A stretch of DNA of 64,000 nucleotides from Candidatus Pseudothioglobus singularis. GTDB taxonomy: Bacteria > Pseudomonadota > Gammaproteobacteria > PS1 > Pseudothioglobaceae. Every line of letters begins with the position of its first letter. Positions within the stretch are counted from its first letter, which is position 1. A program made the translations under genes and the position numbers. The DNA is taken from assembly GCA_028107545.1 (NCBI GenBank), contig JAOGRV010000006.1:158-64157 (forward strand). The letters run 5' to 3'. Positions 9,676 to 19,635 of this stretch are shown in pieces. Under the pieces are notes generated by a model. It saw nothing but the letters and a program-made list of their open reading frames with translations, made no database searches and had not been told where the DNA came from.

Positions 9676-10917
9676 ATGAGAAAAATGTTGAAGAGTTCAA
9701 CGCTAGTTGCAGCTGCCATCTTAACGGGTGCGGTCAATGTTGCATCAGCGACTGAATTAGAAGTCACACACTGGTGGACATCTGGTGGTGAGGCAAATGC
9801 TGTTGGTGAACTTGCTAAAGCTTTTGATGCTACTGGACATACATGGGTAGATGGAGCGATAGCGGGATCAGGTGGTGTTGCTAGACCAATTATCATTAGT
9901 AGAATTATTGGTGGTGAGCCTATGGGTGCTACTCAGCTTAACCACGGTCGTCAGGCTGAAGAGTTAATTGAGGCCGGTCTGCTTTTAGATCTAACTGATG
10001 TTGCTGAGGCAGAAGGCTGGAAGGATGTTATTTATCCAAGTAATCTTCTTGAAGCATGTACTGTTGACGGAAGAGTCTATTGTGCTCCAGTTAACATTCA
10101 CTCAGCTCAGTGGTTGTGGTTAAGTCATGATGCTTATGAAAGCTCAGGTGTTGCTGTCCCGAGTAACTGGGATGAGTTTGTAGCAGCTGGTCCGGCACTT
10201 CGTGCTAATGGAATTGTTCCACTAGCCCAAGGTCAACAAGGTTGGCAAACAGGTTTAACTTTTGGTGTATTAGCTACAGCTCTAGTTAGTGAGGATGCTT
10301 GGTATGCTGTAAACCGCGACAAAGATTCAAAAGTTGCTGGTGGTGCAGAATATGCCCGAGTTTGGAATGCGTTTGATGATGCCCGTAAAATGGCAATTGG
10401 ATCAAATGTTGGTGACTGGAACCTAGCTACGAATCTTGTTATTACTGGTAAAGCAGGTGGACAGATTCACGGTGACTGGGCTCAAGGTGAATTTAGTGTT
10501 GCTGGATCTGTTGCAGGAACTGATTATTCATGCCTACCTGGTTTAGGAGAGCGTGCAATCTTAGATACTGGAGGAGATGCGTTTTATTTCCCAGTTCAGG
10601 ATGATGCAGATGTTGAAGCGGCTCAAAAAGAGTTAGCTGCACTTCTAGTTTCTCCTGCGGTTCAGGTGGCGTTTAACCTTAAGAAGGGTTCGTTACCAAT
10701 TCGTGGAGATATCGATATGTCAACTGCGAATGATTGTATGCAGAAAGGTCTAAAGATTCTTGCAGGCGGAAATGTTGTGCCTTCAGGTGATATTCTACTT
10801 TCAGCTGATACTAATAATCAGGTTAATGAACTTATGAACACTTTTTGGAGTGATTTGTATATGAGCCCTGCAGATGCACAGGCTAAATATGCTAAGATCA
10901 TTGCAAGCGCTGATTAA
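9676..10917 (+). CDS. Sugar ABC transporter substrate-binding protein (second paralog)
   Basis: Signal peptide; EVTHWWTSGGE, PVNIHS, GDWAQGEF, FNLKKGSLP. Confidence 0.92.
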   Translation: MRKMLKSSTLVAAAILTGAVNVASATELEVTHWWTSGGEANAVGELAKAFDATGHTWVDGAIAGSGGVARPIIISRIIGGEPMGATQLNHGRQAEELIEAGLLLDLTDVAEAEGWKDVIYPSNLLEACTVDGRVYCAPVNIHSAQWLWLSHDAYESSGVAVPSNWDEFVAAGPALRANGIVPLAQGQQGWQTGLTFGVLATALVSEDAWYAVNRDKDSKVAGGAEYARVWNAFDDARKMAIGSNVGDWNLATNLVITGKAGGQIHGDWAQGEFSVAGSVAGTDYSCLPGLGERAILDTGGDAFYFPVQDDADVEAAQKELAALLVSPAVQVAFNLKKGSLPIRGDIDMSTANDCMQKGLKILAGGNVVPSGDILLSADTNNQVNELMNTFWSDLYMSPADAQAKYAKIIASAD

Positions 10918-10930
10918 GCATTAATCAATA

Positions 10931-10968
10931 AGACTGCCGAGCATAAAATTAGGGCTCGGCAGTTTTTT
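10931..10968 (+). terminator. Intrinsic terminator/attenuator after SBP2
   Basis: ACTGCCGAGC...GCTCGGCAGT stem followed by a T-run. Confidence 0.75.
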
Positions 10969-11017
10969 AAATGGTAACTCCTAGTTTCGATTTGCTTCAC
11001 TTCTTTAGATTAAAATA

Positions 11018-12325
11018 GTGCTTATGTTAAACAAAGCTCAACTTGAAAGAATATTTGTTGCTTCAATTATGTTGGCCTTTGTATCTTTAGTAATAGCAAC
11101 AGTTGGGATTAAATCTCAACTATTTCAAAATTTTCAATTCTTTTTTTTATTTTTAGCCTCTATTTTTGCTCTAATAATTGGTCTTCAATCTAAGACTATT
11201 AAATTGATTTCAAATAGACTTCAAAAGCAAATTATTGGCTGGCTTATTTCTGCTGTATCCTCCTCATTCGTTTGGAGTTTTGCTCAGAAAGATGTACAGC
11301 TAATTCTTCCAGCACTTAAAGGTTATCGAAAAGCGTGGAATACGCTTGAGCCATTTGCTGTATTCGCAACTATTACTTTTATATTGTTTGCTATTGTTCT
11401 TCTCATTATTGGGGCAAGAGACTCTAAGATGGACCGTCCAGGCTTTATTGAGCGATCTCTGGTTTATAACTTATCAAGCAAAATTGCAGCATTACCAATG
11501 ATTTTTACAGCGGTTGGTGTCTTCATTATTGCAACTTTGTGGACTGTTTATCATTCTTTCACAAATAGTAGAATGCTTCCAAAGAGTGAGTTTATTGGTC
11601 TTGCTCAATATGAAAGACTCTGGAATTCAGATCGATGGTATATGTCTATTGAAAATCTAGCTATTTATGGTGCCTGCTCATTAATATTTTCTCTTTTTAT
11701 TGGCTTTATGTTGGCCGCTTTGCTTGATCAAAAAACAAGATTTGAAAATACATTTAGAACCATTTTTTTATATCCATTTGCACTTAGCTTTATTGTGACA
11801 GGGCTTGTTTGGCAATGGATCTTGAATCCAGAATATGGCGTAGAAAAAATAGTAAGATCAATTGGATTTGAATCATTTGTTTTCAATCCTCTTTACAATA
11901 TTGACATTGTTATTTATGGGATTCTTGCAGCTGGTCTCTGGCAAGGTACAGGCTTTATTATGTGTCTCATGCTTGCAGGTCTTAGAGGTATAGATCAAGA
12001 AATATGGAAGGCTGCCCGTATTGATGGAATTCCTATGTGGAAAACTTATATCCAGGTTGTTATTCCTATGATGCGGCCAGTTTTTATTACGACCCTGGTT
12101 ATTATTGCAGCAGGAATTATCAAAGTTTATGATCTTGTTGTTGCACAAACTTCAGGAGGCCCTGGAATATCTTCAGAGGTTCCTGCAAAGTATGTATATG
12201 ACTATATGTTCAGTGCACAGAACCTTGGTCAAGGATTCGCGGCATCAACAATGATGCTGGTTTCAGTTCTTATTGTTTTGATTCCCTTTGCATACCTAGA
12301 GTTTGGGAGGCGTAAGCATGGCTAA
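11018..12325 (+). CDS. Sugar ABC permease with N-terminal membrane extension
   Basis: C-terminal ~285 aa is a CUT1 permease (EIWKAARIDG); N-terminal ~150 aa is hydrophobic. Confidence 0.88.
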   Translation: MLMLNKAQLERIFVASIMLAFVSLVIATVGIKSQLFQNFQFFFLFLASIFALIIGLQSKTIKLISNRLQKQIIGWLISAVSSSFVWSFAQKDVQLILPALKGYRKAWNTLEPFAVFATITFILFAIVLLIIGARDSKMDRPGFIERSLVYNLSSKIAALPMIFTAVGVFIIATLWTVYHSFTNSRMLPKSEFIGLAQYERLWNSDRWYMSIENLAIYGACSLIFSLFIGFMLAALLDQKTRFENTFRTIFLYPFALSFIVTGLVWQWILNPEYGVEKIVRSIGFESFVFNPLYNIDIVIYGILAAGLWQGTGFIMCLMLAGLRGIDQEIWKAARIDGIPMWKTYIQVVIPMMRPVFITTLVIIAAGIIKVYDLVVAQTSGGPGISSEVPAKYVYDYMFSAQNLGQGFAASTMMLVSVLIVLIPFAYLEFGRRKHG

Positions 12326-13226
12326 ATCTAAAAAAAATCTTTACGAAGCTGAGCCGAGAGGTCCCAAGCCACGAAAGATCTTGAGTCGACGTAATATCAT
12401 TCTTTATGGAACACTTTTGATAGTTGCAATATATTATTTGATACCTCTCTATGTGATGATTGTAACCTCTCTCAAGGGTATGCCTGAAATTCGATTGGGG
12501 AATATTTTTTCACCACCTATTGAAGTAACATTTGAGCCATGGATTAAAGCTTGGTCGCAAGCTTGTACCGGCCTCAATTGTGACGGCTTATCAAGAGGCT
12601 TCTGGAACTCAGTCAAGATAACACTACCTTCAGTGATTGTTTCAATAGCGATTGCATCAGTCAACGGTTATGCTCTGGCAAATTGGCGCTTTAAAGGCGC
12701 TAATTTGTTTTTTACAATTTTGATATTTGGAGCCTTTATTCCTTATCAAATTATGATTTATCCTCTTGTCATCTTATTGAGAGATCTTGGAATTTATACT
12801 AAGCTTCCAGGGCTAATTCTAATTCACTCGATCTTTGGTATGCCGATTCTAACTTTGCTCTTTCGTAACTATTTTACAACGATACCAGAAGAGCTCTTTA
12901 AGGCGGCAAGGGTTGATGGTGCAGGATTTTGGGGAATTTACTTTCGCGTTATGATGCCAATGTCTCTCCCAATTTTTGTAGTCGCAATTATTTTGCAGGT
13001 TACTGGCATTTGGAATGATTTTTTATTTGGAGTGATTTATACGAAACCTGATACTTATCCAATGACAGTTCAGCTAAATAATATTGTGAATTCAGTTCAA
13101 GGAGTCAAAGAATACAACGTTAATATGGCCGCAACCTTGCTTACAGGTCTTGTTCCTTTGGCAATTTATTTTATTTCAGGAAGGCTCTTTGTAAGAGGGA
13201 TTGCTGCAGGCGCGGTTAAAGGATAA
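12318..13226 (+). CDS. Sugar ABC transporter permease
   Basis: ELFKAARVDGA, WNDFLF, GAVKG; ATG at 12318 with SD GGAGG. Confidence 0.92.
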   Translation: MAKSKKNLYEAEPRGPKPRKILSRRNIILYGTLLIVAIYYLIPLYVMIVTSLKGMPEIRLGNIFSPPIEVTFEPWIKAWSQACTGLNCDGLSRGFWNSVKITLPSVIVSIAIASVNGYALANWRFKGANLFFTILIFGAFIPYQIMIYPLVILLRDLGIYTKLPGLILIHSIFGMPILTLLFRNYFTTIPEELFKAARVDGAGFWGIYFRVMMPMSLPIFVVAIILQVTGIWNDFLFGVIYTKPDTYPMTVQLNNIVNSVQGVKEYNVNMAATLLTGLVPLAIYFISGRLFVRGIAAGAVKG

Positions 13227-13244
13227 AAAAAGGATAATAGTTTT

Positions 13245-14321
13245 ATGAATAGTATTGAAATTAAAGACCTCTCCCTTAATTTTGGGGATGTAAAAGTTCT
13301 AAAAGATTTAAATTTAACTGTTAAAAAAGGTGAATTTTTAGTGCTATTAGGAGCTTCTGGCTGCGGTAAATCAACATTACTGAATTGTATTGCAGGATTA
13401 TTAGACGTTACAGATGGCCAAGTTTTTATTAATGACCAAAACGTAACATGGTTTGAGCCCTCTGAAAGGGGAATTGGAATGGTGTTTCAGTCCTATGCAC
13501 TCTACCCTCAAATGTCAGTTGAGGGAAACCTTTCTTTTAGCTTGAAGAATGCTAAGCTGTCCAAAGATGAGATCCATGAACGCGTTAAAAATGCATCCGA
13601 AATATTACAAATCGAAGATCTTTTAACTAGAAAGCCAGCTGCACTCTCTGGAGGGCAGCGCCAAAGGGTCGCCATTGGAAGGGCACTGGTAAGAGATGTC
13701 GAGGTTTTTTTATTTGATGAGCCTTTGTCTAACTTGGATGCAAAGCTAAGAACTGAGCTCAGAGTTGAAATTAAAAGGCTCCATCACAAGCTTCAGAATA
13801 CGATGATTTATGTTACTCATGATCAGATTGAAGCTATGACATTAGCAAACAGAATTGCTATTATGAGAGAAGGCTTGATTCTTCAACTAGATGACCCTAA
13901 AACAATTTACAACTTTCCAGTCAATAAATATGTAGCTGAATTTATTGGCTCTCCCAGCATGAACTTTATAAAAGGGTCACTGAATCAATCAAGCTTTGAA
14001 TTTGATAAGACTAATTTCAAGTTAGATGGCTATAGTTTTGAGTCAGAAACTAAAAATAAAAAAACAGCCTGGCTAGGCGTAAGACCAGAAAACATCTTCA
14101 TTAATGAAGGCAAGGGCGCTATGCCTGTTAATTGTGACGTAGTTGTTGAGGTCGTTGAGCCTATGGGTGCAGATACTCTTGTATGGTCGACTATTAATGG
14201 AAGAGAGCTTCGTTTTACTGTGGATGGAAACAAAACTATCAATATTGGAGATAAAGTTAATGTAGGCTTTGATCCTGCTCATATATCTCTCTTCGACTTT
14301 GATACTGAAAATAGACTTTAA
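13245..14321 (+). CDS. Sugar ABC transporter ATP-binding protein
   Basis: GASGCGKST, LSGGQRQR, FDEPLSNLD. Confidence 0.95.
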   Translation: MNSIEIKDLSLNFGDVKVLKDLNLTVKKGEFLVLLGASGCGKSTLLNCIAGLLDVTDGQVFINDQNVTWFEPSERGIGMVFQSYALYPQMSVEGNLSFSLKNAKLSKDEIHERVKNASEILQIEDLLTRKPAALSGGQRQRVAIGRALVRDVEVFLFDEPLSNLDAKLRTELRVEIKRLHHKLQNTMIYVTHDQIEAMTLANRIAIMREGLILQLDDPKTIYNFPVNKYVAEFIGSPSMNFIKGSLNQSSFEFDKTNFKLDGYSFESETKNKKTAWLGVRPENIFINEGKGAMPVNCDVVVEVVEPMGADTLVWSTINGRELRFTVDGNKTINIGDKVNVGFDPAHISLFDFDTENRL

Positions 14322-14341
14322 TTGATAAAGGTAATTAAAAA

Positions 14342-15814
14342 ATGTATAAATTTCCAAAAGATTCAAAACTCAATGATCCAAAATTTATTTTTGGGGTTGC
14401 AACAGCCTCATACCAGATAGAAGGCGCCACAGGAGTGGATGAACGTTGCACCTCAATATGGGATACTTTTTGCGCAACACCAGGAATGGTTTATAAGCAG
14501 CATAATGGCGATGTTGCCTGCAATCACTATAACTTATATGAGCAAGATGTTGAATTAATTGCATCACTCAACGTCGATGCTTATAGACTCTCCATTGCCT
14601 GGCCTCGAATTATTAAGGAGGATGGAAGTGTTAACCAAAAAGGGTTAGATTTTTATGACAGACTGATCACTGCTCTTGAGAGAAAAAATATAACAGTCAT
14701 GGCAACACTTTATCATTGGGATCTGCCTCAATATCTTGAAGATAAGGGTGGCTGGTTGAATCGTGAAACTTCTGTTAAATTTGCAGAGTATGCTGATGTC
14801 GTTAGTCAATATTTTGGAAACAGAATTAGTTTTTATGTGACACTCAATGAGCCATGGTGCAGCGCCTATCACGGTTACCGCTATGGTATTCATGCCCCAG
14901 GTATTGCCGATGAAAGCTCGGGCTTTTTGGCATGCCATAATTTATTGCTTGCCCACGGCATGGCTATGCCTTTATTAAGGCAAAATGCTGATCAGTCACA
15001 ACACGGGATCGTACTGAACTTTACTCCTAATTATCCAGTAGATGAGTCTTCTATAGATGCTGCAAAATTTGCAGATGATGAGCATTCACACTGGTTTATT
15101 AAGCCAATCATGGAAGGCAATTACCCAGATTCGGTTTATCAACATTTTATTGATCATATGCCAAAAATAGAAAGTAATGATATGGCTATTATTAGTGAAA
15201 AAATTGATTTTTTAGGTGTAAATTTTTACTCTAGAAGCATGGTGACTGATGGAAGGCAAGGCAAGGTATCTGATACTATACTTAAGAAATTAGAGCGAGC
15301 AGAAATCAGAATTTTAGAGTCTGATGATGTTATTGAGGGTGAAACAAAAGCTGAGCAACTCCAGAAGCTTATGAACCAAAAAGAAAGCCACTATCTGAGT
15401 GTTGATTTGCAAGATGTCGAGCGCACTCATATAGGTTGGGAGGTCCATCCAGAGGCGCTATTAAAGCTTTTGACGGACTTACATCAAACATACAAACTCC
15501 CCCCTATTTACATTACCGAAAATGGTGCAGCGGTTGATGATCATGTTGTTAATGGCGTGGTTGACGATGAGCAGCGTTGCCGTTACTATCAAAACCACTT
15601 ATCAATGGTTCATGAGGCTATTAAAATAGGGGTTGACATTAGGGGTTATTTTGCCTGGAGCTTAATGGATAATTTTGAATGGGCTGAGGGGTATAAAATG
15701 CGGTTTGGTATTGTTTATGTTGACTATGAAACTCAAGAAAGAACACTTAAAAATAGCGCCATTAAGTTCCAAGAGTTTTTAAGTGCTCGCAAAGCAGAAC
15801 AGCTTCAAGGTTAA
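14342..15814 (+). CDS. GH1 beta-glucosidase
   Basis: FGVATASYQIEGA; catalytic TLNEP and ITENG; WSLMDNFEW. Confidence 0.95.
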   Translation: MYKFPKDSKLNDPKFIFGVATASYQIEGATGVDERCTSIWDTFCATPGMVYKQHNGDVACNHYNLYEQDVELIASLNVDAYRLSIAWPRIIKEDGSVNQKGLDFYDRLITALERKNITVMATLYHWDLPQYLEDKGGWLNRETSVKFAEYADVVSQYFGNRISFYVTLNEPWCSAYHGYRYGIHAPGIADESSGFLACHNLLLAHGMAMPLLRQNADQSQHGIVLNFTPNYPVDESSIDAAKFADDEHSHWFIKPIMEGNYPDSVYQHFIDHMPKIESNDMAIISEKIDFLGVNFYSRSMVTDGRQGKVSDTILKKLERAEIRILESDDVIEGETKAEQLQKLMNQKESHYLSVDLQDVERTHIGWEVHPEALLKLLTDLHQTYKLPPIYITENGAAVDDHVVNGVVDDEQRCRYYQNHLSMVHEAIKIGVDIRGYFAWSLMDNFEWAEGYKMRFGIVYVDYETQERTLKNSAIKFQEFLSARKAEQLQG

Positions 15815-15824
15815 AGTTCTTTCT

Positions 15825-15879
15825 TTCAACACATTTTGCAACATTTTGACACATTTTAAAAAAGGCTTTAGTTTAAACT
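15825..15879 (+). promoter_or_regulatory. 10-bp direct repeats plus -10 element upstream of gnd
   Basis: TTCAACACAT/TTTGCAACAT/TTTGACACAT at 15825/15835/15845; TAAACT at 15874. Confidence 0.65.
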
Positions 15880-15922
15880 TTATCCAGTTTAATTAGCAAA
15901 ATATTAGCAATTATTGTTACGT

Positions 15923-17359
15923 ATGGTTATAGAAAACGTTGAAACAGATATTGGCTTAATAGGCCTTGGTGTCATGGGATCAAGTCTCGCTTTAAATATG
16001 GAAAGCAATGGCTTTTCTGTGTCTGTTCATAACCGAACATCACCTCAAATACACAACCTAGTCAATAATAGGTCATTAAACAACAAGCTCTATGGTTTTG
16101 AGAGTCTTGATGAGTTTGTAAAATCTATCAAAAAACCTAGAAAGATTATGCTGATGATTGTTGCTGGATCTGTCGTTGATGATTACATTCAAAAGCTAGT
16201 CCCTTTGTTAGATCAGGGTGACATTATTATTGATGGAGGAAACTCTCATTATCCAGATACATCCAGGAGGACTGATGAGTTAGAGGCCAAAGGTTTTCAT
16301 TTTATTGGTGCTGGTGTATCCGGCGGTGAAGAGGGTGCACTAAAAGGGCCTTCTATTATGCCAGGAGGCTCAATAGCTGCTTGGCCTGAGGTCAAGGGTA
16401 TCTTTCAGGAAATTTCTGCAAAAGTAGGTGATAACGAGCCTTGCTGTGAATGGATTGGTGAAGGCGGCTCAGGACACTTTGTGAAAATGGTGCATAACGG
16501 CATTGAGTATGGAGATATGCAGCTCATTTGTGAAGCCTATCAGCTTATGAAAGATGTATTAGGAATGAGCAATGATGAAATGCATCAAGCCTTTAAAGAG
16601 TGGAACGAGGGAGAGCTCAATAGCTACCTCATCGAAATTACAGCGGACATACTTAAATTTAAAGAAGAGGATGGCAGTTATTTAGTAGACAACATTCTTG
16701 ATACGGCTGGTCAAAAGGGGACCGGTAAATGGACAGCCTCAGTTGCCTTAGATCTTGGCTCACCCTTAACGCTTATTGGTGAGGCAGTTTTTTCACGATA
16801 CCTGTCTTCAATTAAAGAGGAGAGGGTAGAAGCATCAAGCCAGCTAAGTGGCCCAAGAGTTAGCTTTAGTGGAGACAAAGCCCAAGCTTTAAAGGATATT
16901 CATGATGCTTTGTATGCCTCAAAAATGGTTTCATATGCTCAGGGCTATACGCTCCTTTTAGATGCAGCTAAAGCGTTCAATTGGAATTTGAATTATGGTG
17001 CTATTGCCATGATGTGGAGAGGTGGATGCATTATCAGATCGGCATTCTTAACAAAAATTAAAGATGCTTATGACAACAATTCTGATCTTAAAAATTTATT
17101 GCTTGACCCTTTCTTTAAGGACAAAATCAATCAATCTCAAGAGGGATGGAGAAGAATCATTGCTGTTGCAATTTCAAATGGGGTTCCTGTTCCAGCAATG
17201 AGCTCATCACTCTCTTATTTTGATGGCTACAGAAGTGAAAGACTTCCAGCAAACCTGCTGCAGGCGCAAAGAGACTATTTTGGTGCTCACACCTATGAAC
17301 GCCTAGACGGCAAAAAGGGTGAGTTTTTTCATACAGAGTGGATTCAAAACACTGATTAA
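15923..17359 (+). CDS. gnd: 6-phosphogluconate dehydrogenase (decarboxylating)
   Basis: GLGVMG, DGGNS, VSGGEEGA, KMVHNGIEY, QKGTGKW, QRDYFGAH. Confidence 0.97.
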   Translation: MVIENVETDIGLIGLGVMGSSLALNMESNGFSVSVHNRTSPQIHNLVNNRSLNNKLYGFESLDEFVKSIKKPRKIMLMIVAGSVVDDYIQKLVPLLDQGDIIIDGGNSHYPDTSRRTDELEAKGFHFIGAGVSGGEEGALKGPSIMPGGSIAAWPEVKGIFQEISAKVGDNEPCCEWIGEGGSGHFVKMVHNGIEYGDMQLICEAYQLMKDVLGMSNDEMHQAFKEWNEGELNSYLIEITADILKFKEEDGSYLVDNILDTAGQKGTGKWTASVALDLGSPLTLIGEAVFSRYLSSIKEERVEASSQLSGPRVSFSGDKAQALKDIHDALYASKMVSYAQGYTLLLDAAKAFNWNLNYGAIAMMWRGGCIIRSAFLTKIKDAYDNNSDLKNLLLDPFFKDKINQSQEGWRRIIAVAISNGVPVPAMSSSLSYFDGYRSERLPANLLQAQRDYFGAHTYERLDGKKGEFFHTEWIQNTD

Positions 17360-17373
17360 GGGCGAGCTGCAGG

Positions 17374-18846
17374 ATGACAGAATCTTCAAAAATAATTGAT
17401 AGCTTTGTCCTTTATGGAGTCCTTGGAGACTTATCAGTTCGTAAATTAATACCAGCCTGGTACTACCTTGAAAGAGACAGTATGCTCAGTGGTTCACTGC
17501 AAATTTTGGGTGTTGGTAGGAAAAAAATCTCTGACTCTGAATTAAAAAATACTCTTAAAAAATCACTAGAAACCTATGTCCCTTCAGAGTACTTAGATCA
17601 GACAATTGTTTCAACTCTAATAGATCGTTTTAGCTATTGCAGCTGTGACCTTCAAAGCCCAGACAGTTATCAAAAATTAAAGCTTAAAGTTCAGGATTGG
17701 AATATGCCAATGGCGCACTATTTGGCTATCTCTCCAGGGCTCTTTGAATCTGTTTGTGACGGACTATCAGGTGCAGGTCTTGTCACTAAAGATTGCCGCA
17801 TCATAGTTGAAAAGCCTGTTGGTTATGACCTTGAGTCATCACAGGAGATTAATGAGAAGCTGATCAAGCATTTTGATGAATCTCAAATCTATCGAATTGA
17901 TCATTATTTAGGTAAGGAGACAGTCCAAAACTTAATAACACTGAGGTTCGCAAACTCACTATTCTCTAGTCAATGGAATAGTAAAGGGGTTGAGTATGTT
18001 GAAATAACTGCAGCAGAATCAGTTGGTATTGAGGATCGTTGGGGTTATTTTGATGGCATGGGTCAGTTAAGGGATATGGTTCAGAGTCATCTGTTGCAGC
18101 TGCTTTGTTTGATCGCGATGGAGCCACCGAATAGGCTCGATGATCAAAGTATTCGTTCTGAAAAGGTTAAGGTTTTAGAGGCGCTAAAACCGCTCGATGA
18201 GGAAAGTATTGCCTCTAGCTTCGTCGCTGCTCAGTACACTGATGGTGGCGTTGATGGCGTTCACAAACCTGGATACATTAATGAAGAAGGGGCCAAACCA
18301 GACAGCAAAACCGAAACCTTTGTTTCTGTTAAAACTGAAATACAAAACTGGCGCTGGTCAGGCGTCCCTTTCTATCTAAGGACTGGCAAAAGGATGAAAA
18401 CAAAGACGACCCAGATTGTGATCCACTTTAAGTCAGATGGGCACTACATTTTTAATGAGAACAAAGAGAGCCTCAAGGGTAACACTTTGATTATTAGTCT
18501 TCATCCGACTGAAGGTATCTCTCTCCAAGTCTTTACTAAACCACATGGTGTTGATAAGCATTCGATTATTAGGTCAGATCCAATGAGTTTAGATTTTATT
18601 AAAACGCAACAACTGCTGAATATTCCGAGTGGATACCAGAGTCTTCTAATGGACATTTTGAATGGCAATCAAAGCTTATTTCTTTGTCGAGAAGAGGTGG
18701 AGCTTGCATGGAAGTGGAGTGACGAAACTTTAGATGCTTTCAACAATTCAAATCAAGAGCTCTTCTATTACAAGGCTGGAAGCAATGGTCCAAGGGAGAG
18801 TGAGGCGCTCATAACAAATAACGGGCATCAATGGCATGAGGAGTAG
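17374..18846 (+). CDS. zwf: Glucose-6-phosphate 1-dehydrogenase
   Basis: EKP, RIDHYLGKE, RWSGVPFYLRTGK. Confidence 0.97.
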   Translation: MTESSKIIDSFVLYGVLGDLSVRKLIPAWYYLERDSMLSGSLQILGVGRKKISDSELKNTLKKSLETYVPSEYLDQTIVSTLIDRFSYCSCDLQSPDSYQKLKLKVQDWNMPMAHYLAISPGLFESVCDGLSGAGLVTKDCRIIVEKPVGYDLESSQEINEKLIKHFDESQIYRIDHYLGKETVQNLITLRFANSLFSSQWNSKGVEYVEITAAESVGIEDRWGYFDGMGQLRDMVQSHLLQLLCLIAMEPPNRLDDQSIRSEKVKVLEALKPLDEESIASSFVAAQYTDGGVDGVHKPGYINEEGAKPDSKTETFVSVKTEIQNWRWSGVPFYLRTGKRMKTKTTQIVIHFKSDGHYIFNENKESLKGNTLIISLHPTEGISLQVFTKPHGVDKHSIIRSDPMSLDFIKTQQLLNIPSGYQSLLMDILNGNQSLFLCREEVELAWKWSDETLDAFNNSNQELFYYKAGSNGPRESEALITNNGHQWHEE

Positions 18847-19555
18847 CAAAACATATTACCTGCCTGAGCATGTAGGCTTTTATAGTACGAATAACAGTGA
18901 GTCTCTGGCTGTTGATTTAAGTCAAAATATCAGAGAGATTTTACTTGAGACGATTAAAAAAAGAGGTAGAGCTAGTATGGCAGTTTCTGGTGGGAGTACG
19001 CCAGTACCACTATTTGTGGCGCTCTCTCATCTAGACATAGATTGGAGCAAGGTTGACCTAACTTTGGTGGATGATCGCTGGGTTGAATCAGATCATAAAG
19101 ATAGCAACGAGCTATTAGTAAAATCACACCTAATCAAGAATAAAGCGGGCAATGTTAATTTTGTTCCTTTAAAAAATAATGCTTCCACTGCTAAAGAGGG
19201 TCAAGCTTCCAGTGAAGAGGCACTAAAAAGTTTTACATTGCCCTTTGATATCGTGGTTCTTGGTATGGGTGCAGATGGCCACACAGCCTCTTTATTTCCA
19301 TGCTCAGAGGAGATCAAGTCAGCAATGGATTTAGATAATAATGACTGCTTAGTGGCAACGACGCCAACATCAGCCCCATATGAGCGTTTAGGAATGACTG
19401 CAAAGGCCATTATGGATGCAAAAAGAGTTTTTCTTCATCTGAATGGATCTAGTAAGCTCCATACACTTGAAAAGGCGATGGAACTTAAGGATGTTTACAA
19501 AATGCCAATCTACGCATTCCTTGATGACGGACTTGATATTTACTGGAGCCCATAA
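18836..19555 (+). CDS. pgl: 6-phosphogluconolactonase
   Basis: SGGSTP, DDRWV, LGMGADGHTASLFP. Confidence 0.95.
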   Translation: MRSSKTYYLPEHVGFYSTNNSESLAVDLSQNIREILLETIKKRGRASMAVSGGSTPVPLFVALSHLDIDWSKVDLTLVDDRWVESDHKDSNELLVKSHLIKNKAGNVNFVPLKNNASTAKEGQASSEEALKSFTLPFDIVVLGMGADGHTASLFPCSEEIKSAMDLDNNDCLVATTPTSAPYERLGMTAKAIMDAKRVFLHLNGSSKLHTLEKAMELKDVYKMPIYAFLDDGLDIYWSP

Positions 19556-19635
19556 ATCAATTAATAATTATTTGATGTAAAGTTTTTAAAAGCTAGGGAT
19601 AATATTGTCTTACATTAATCAAATTTAAAGCCTAT

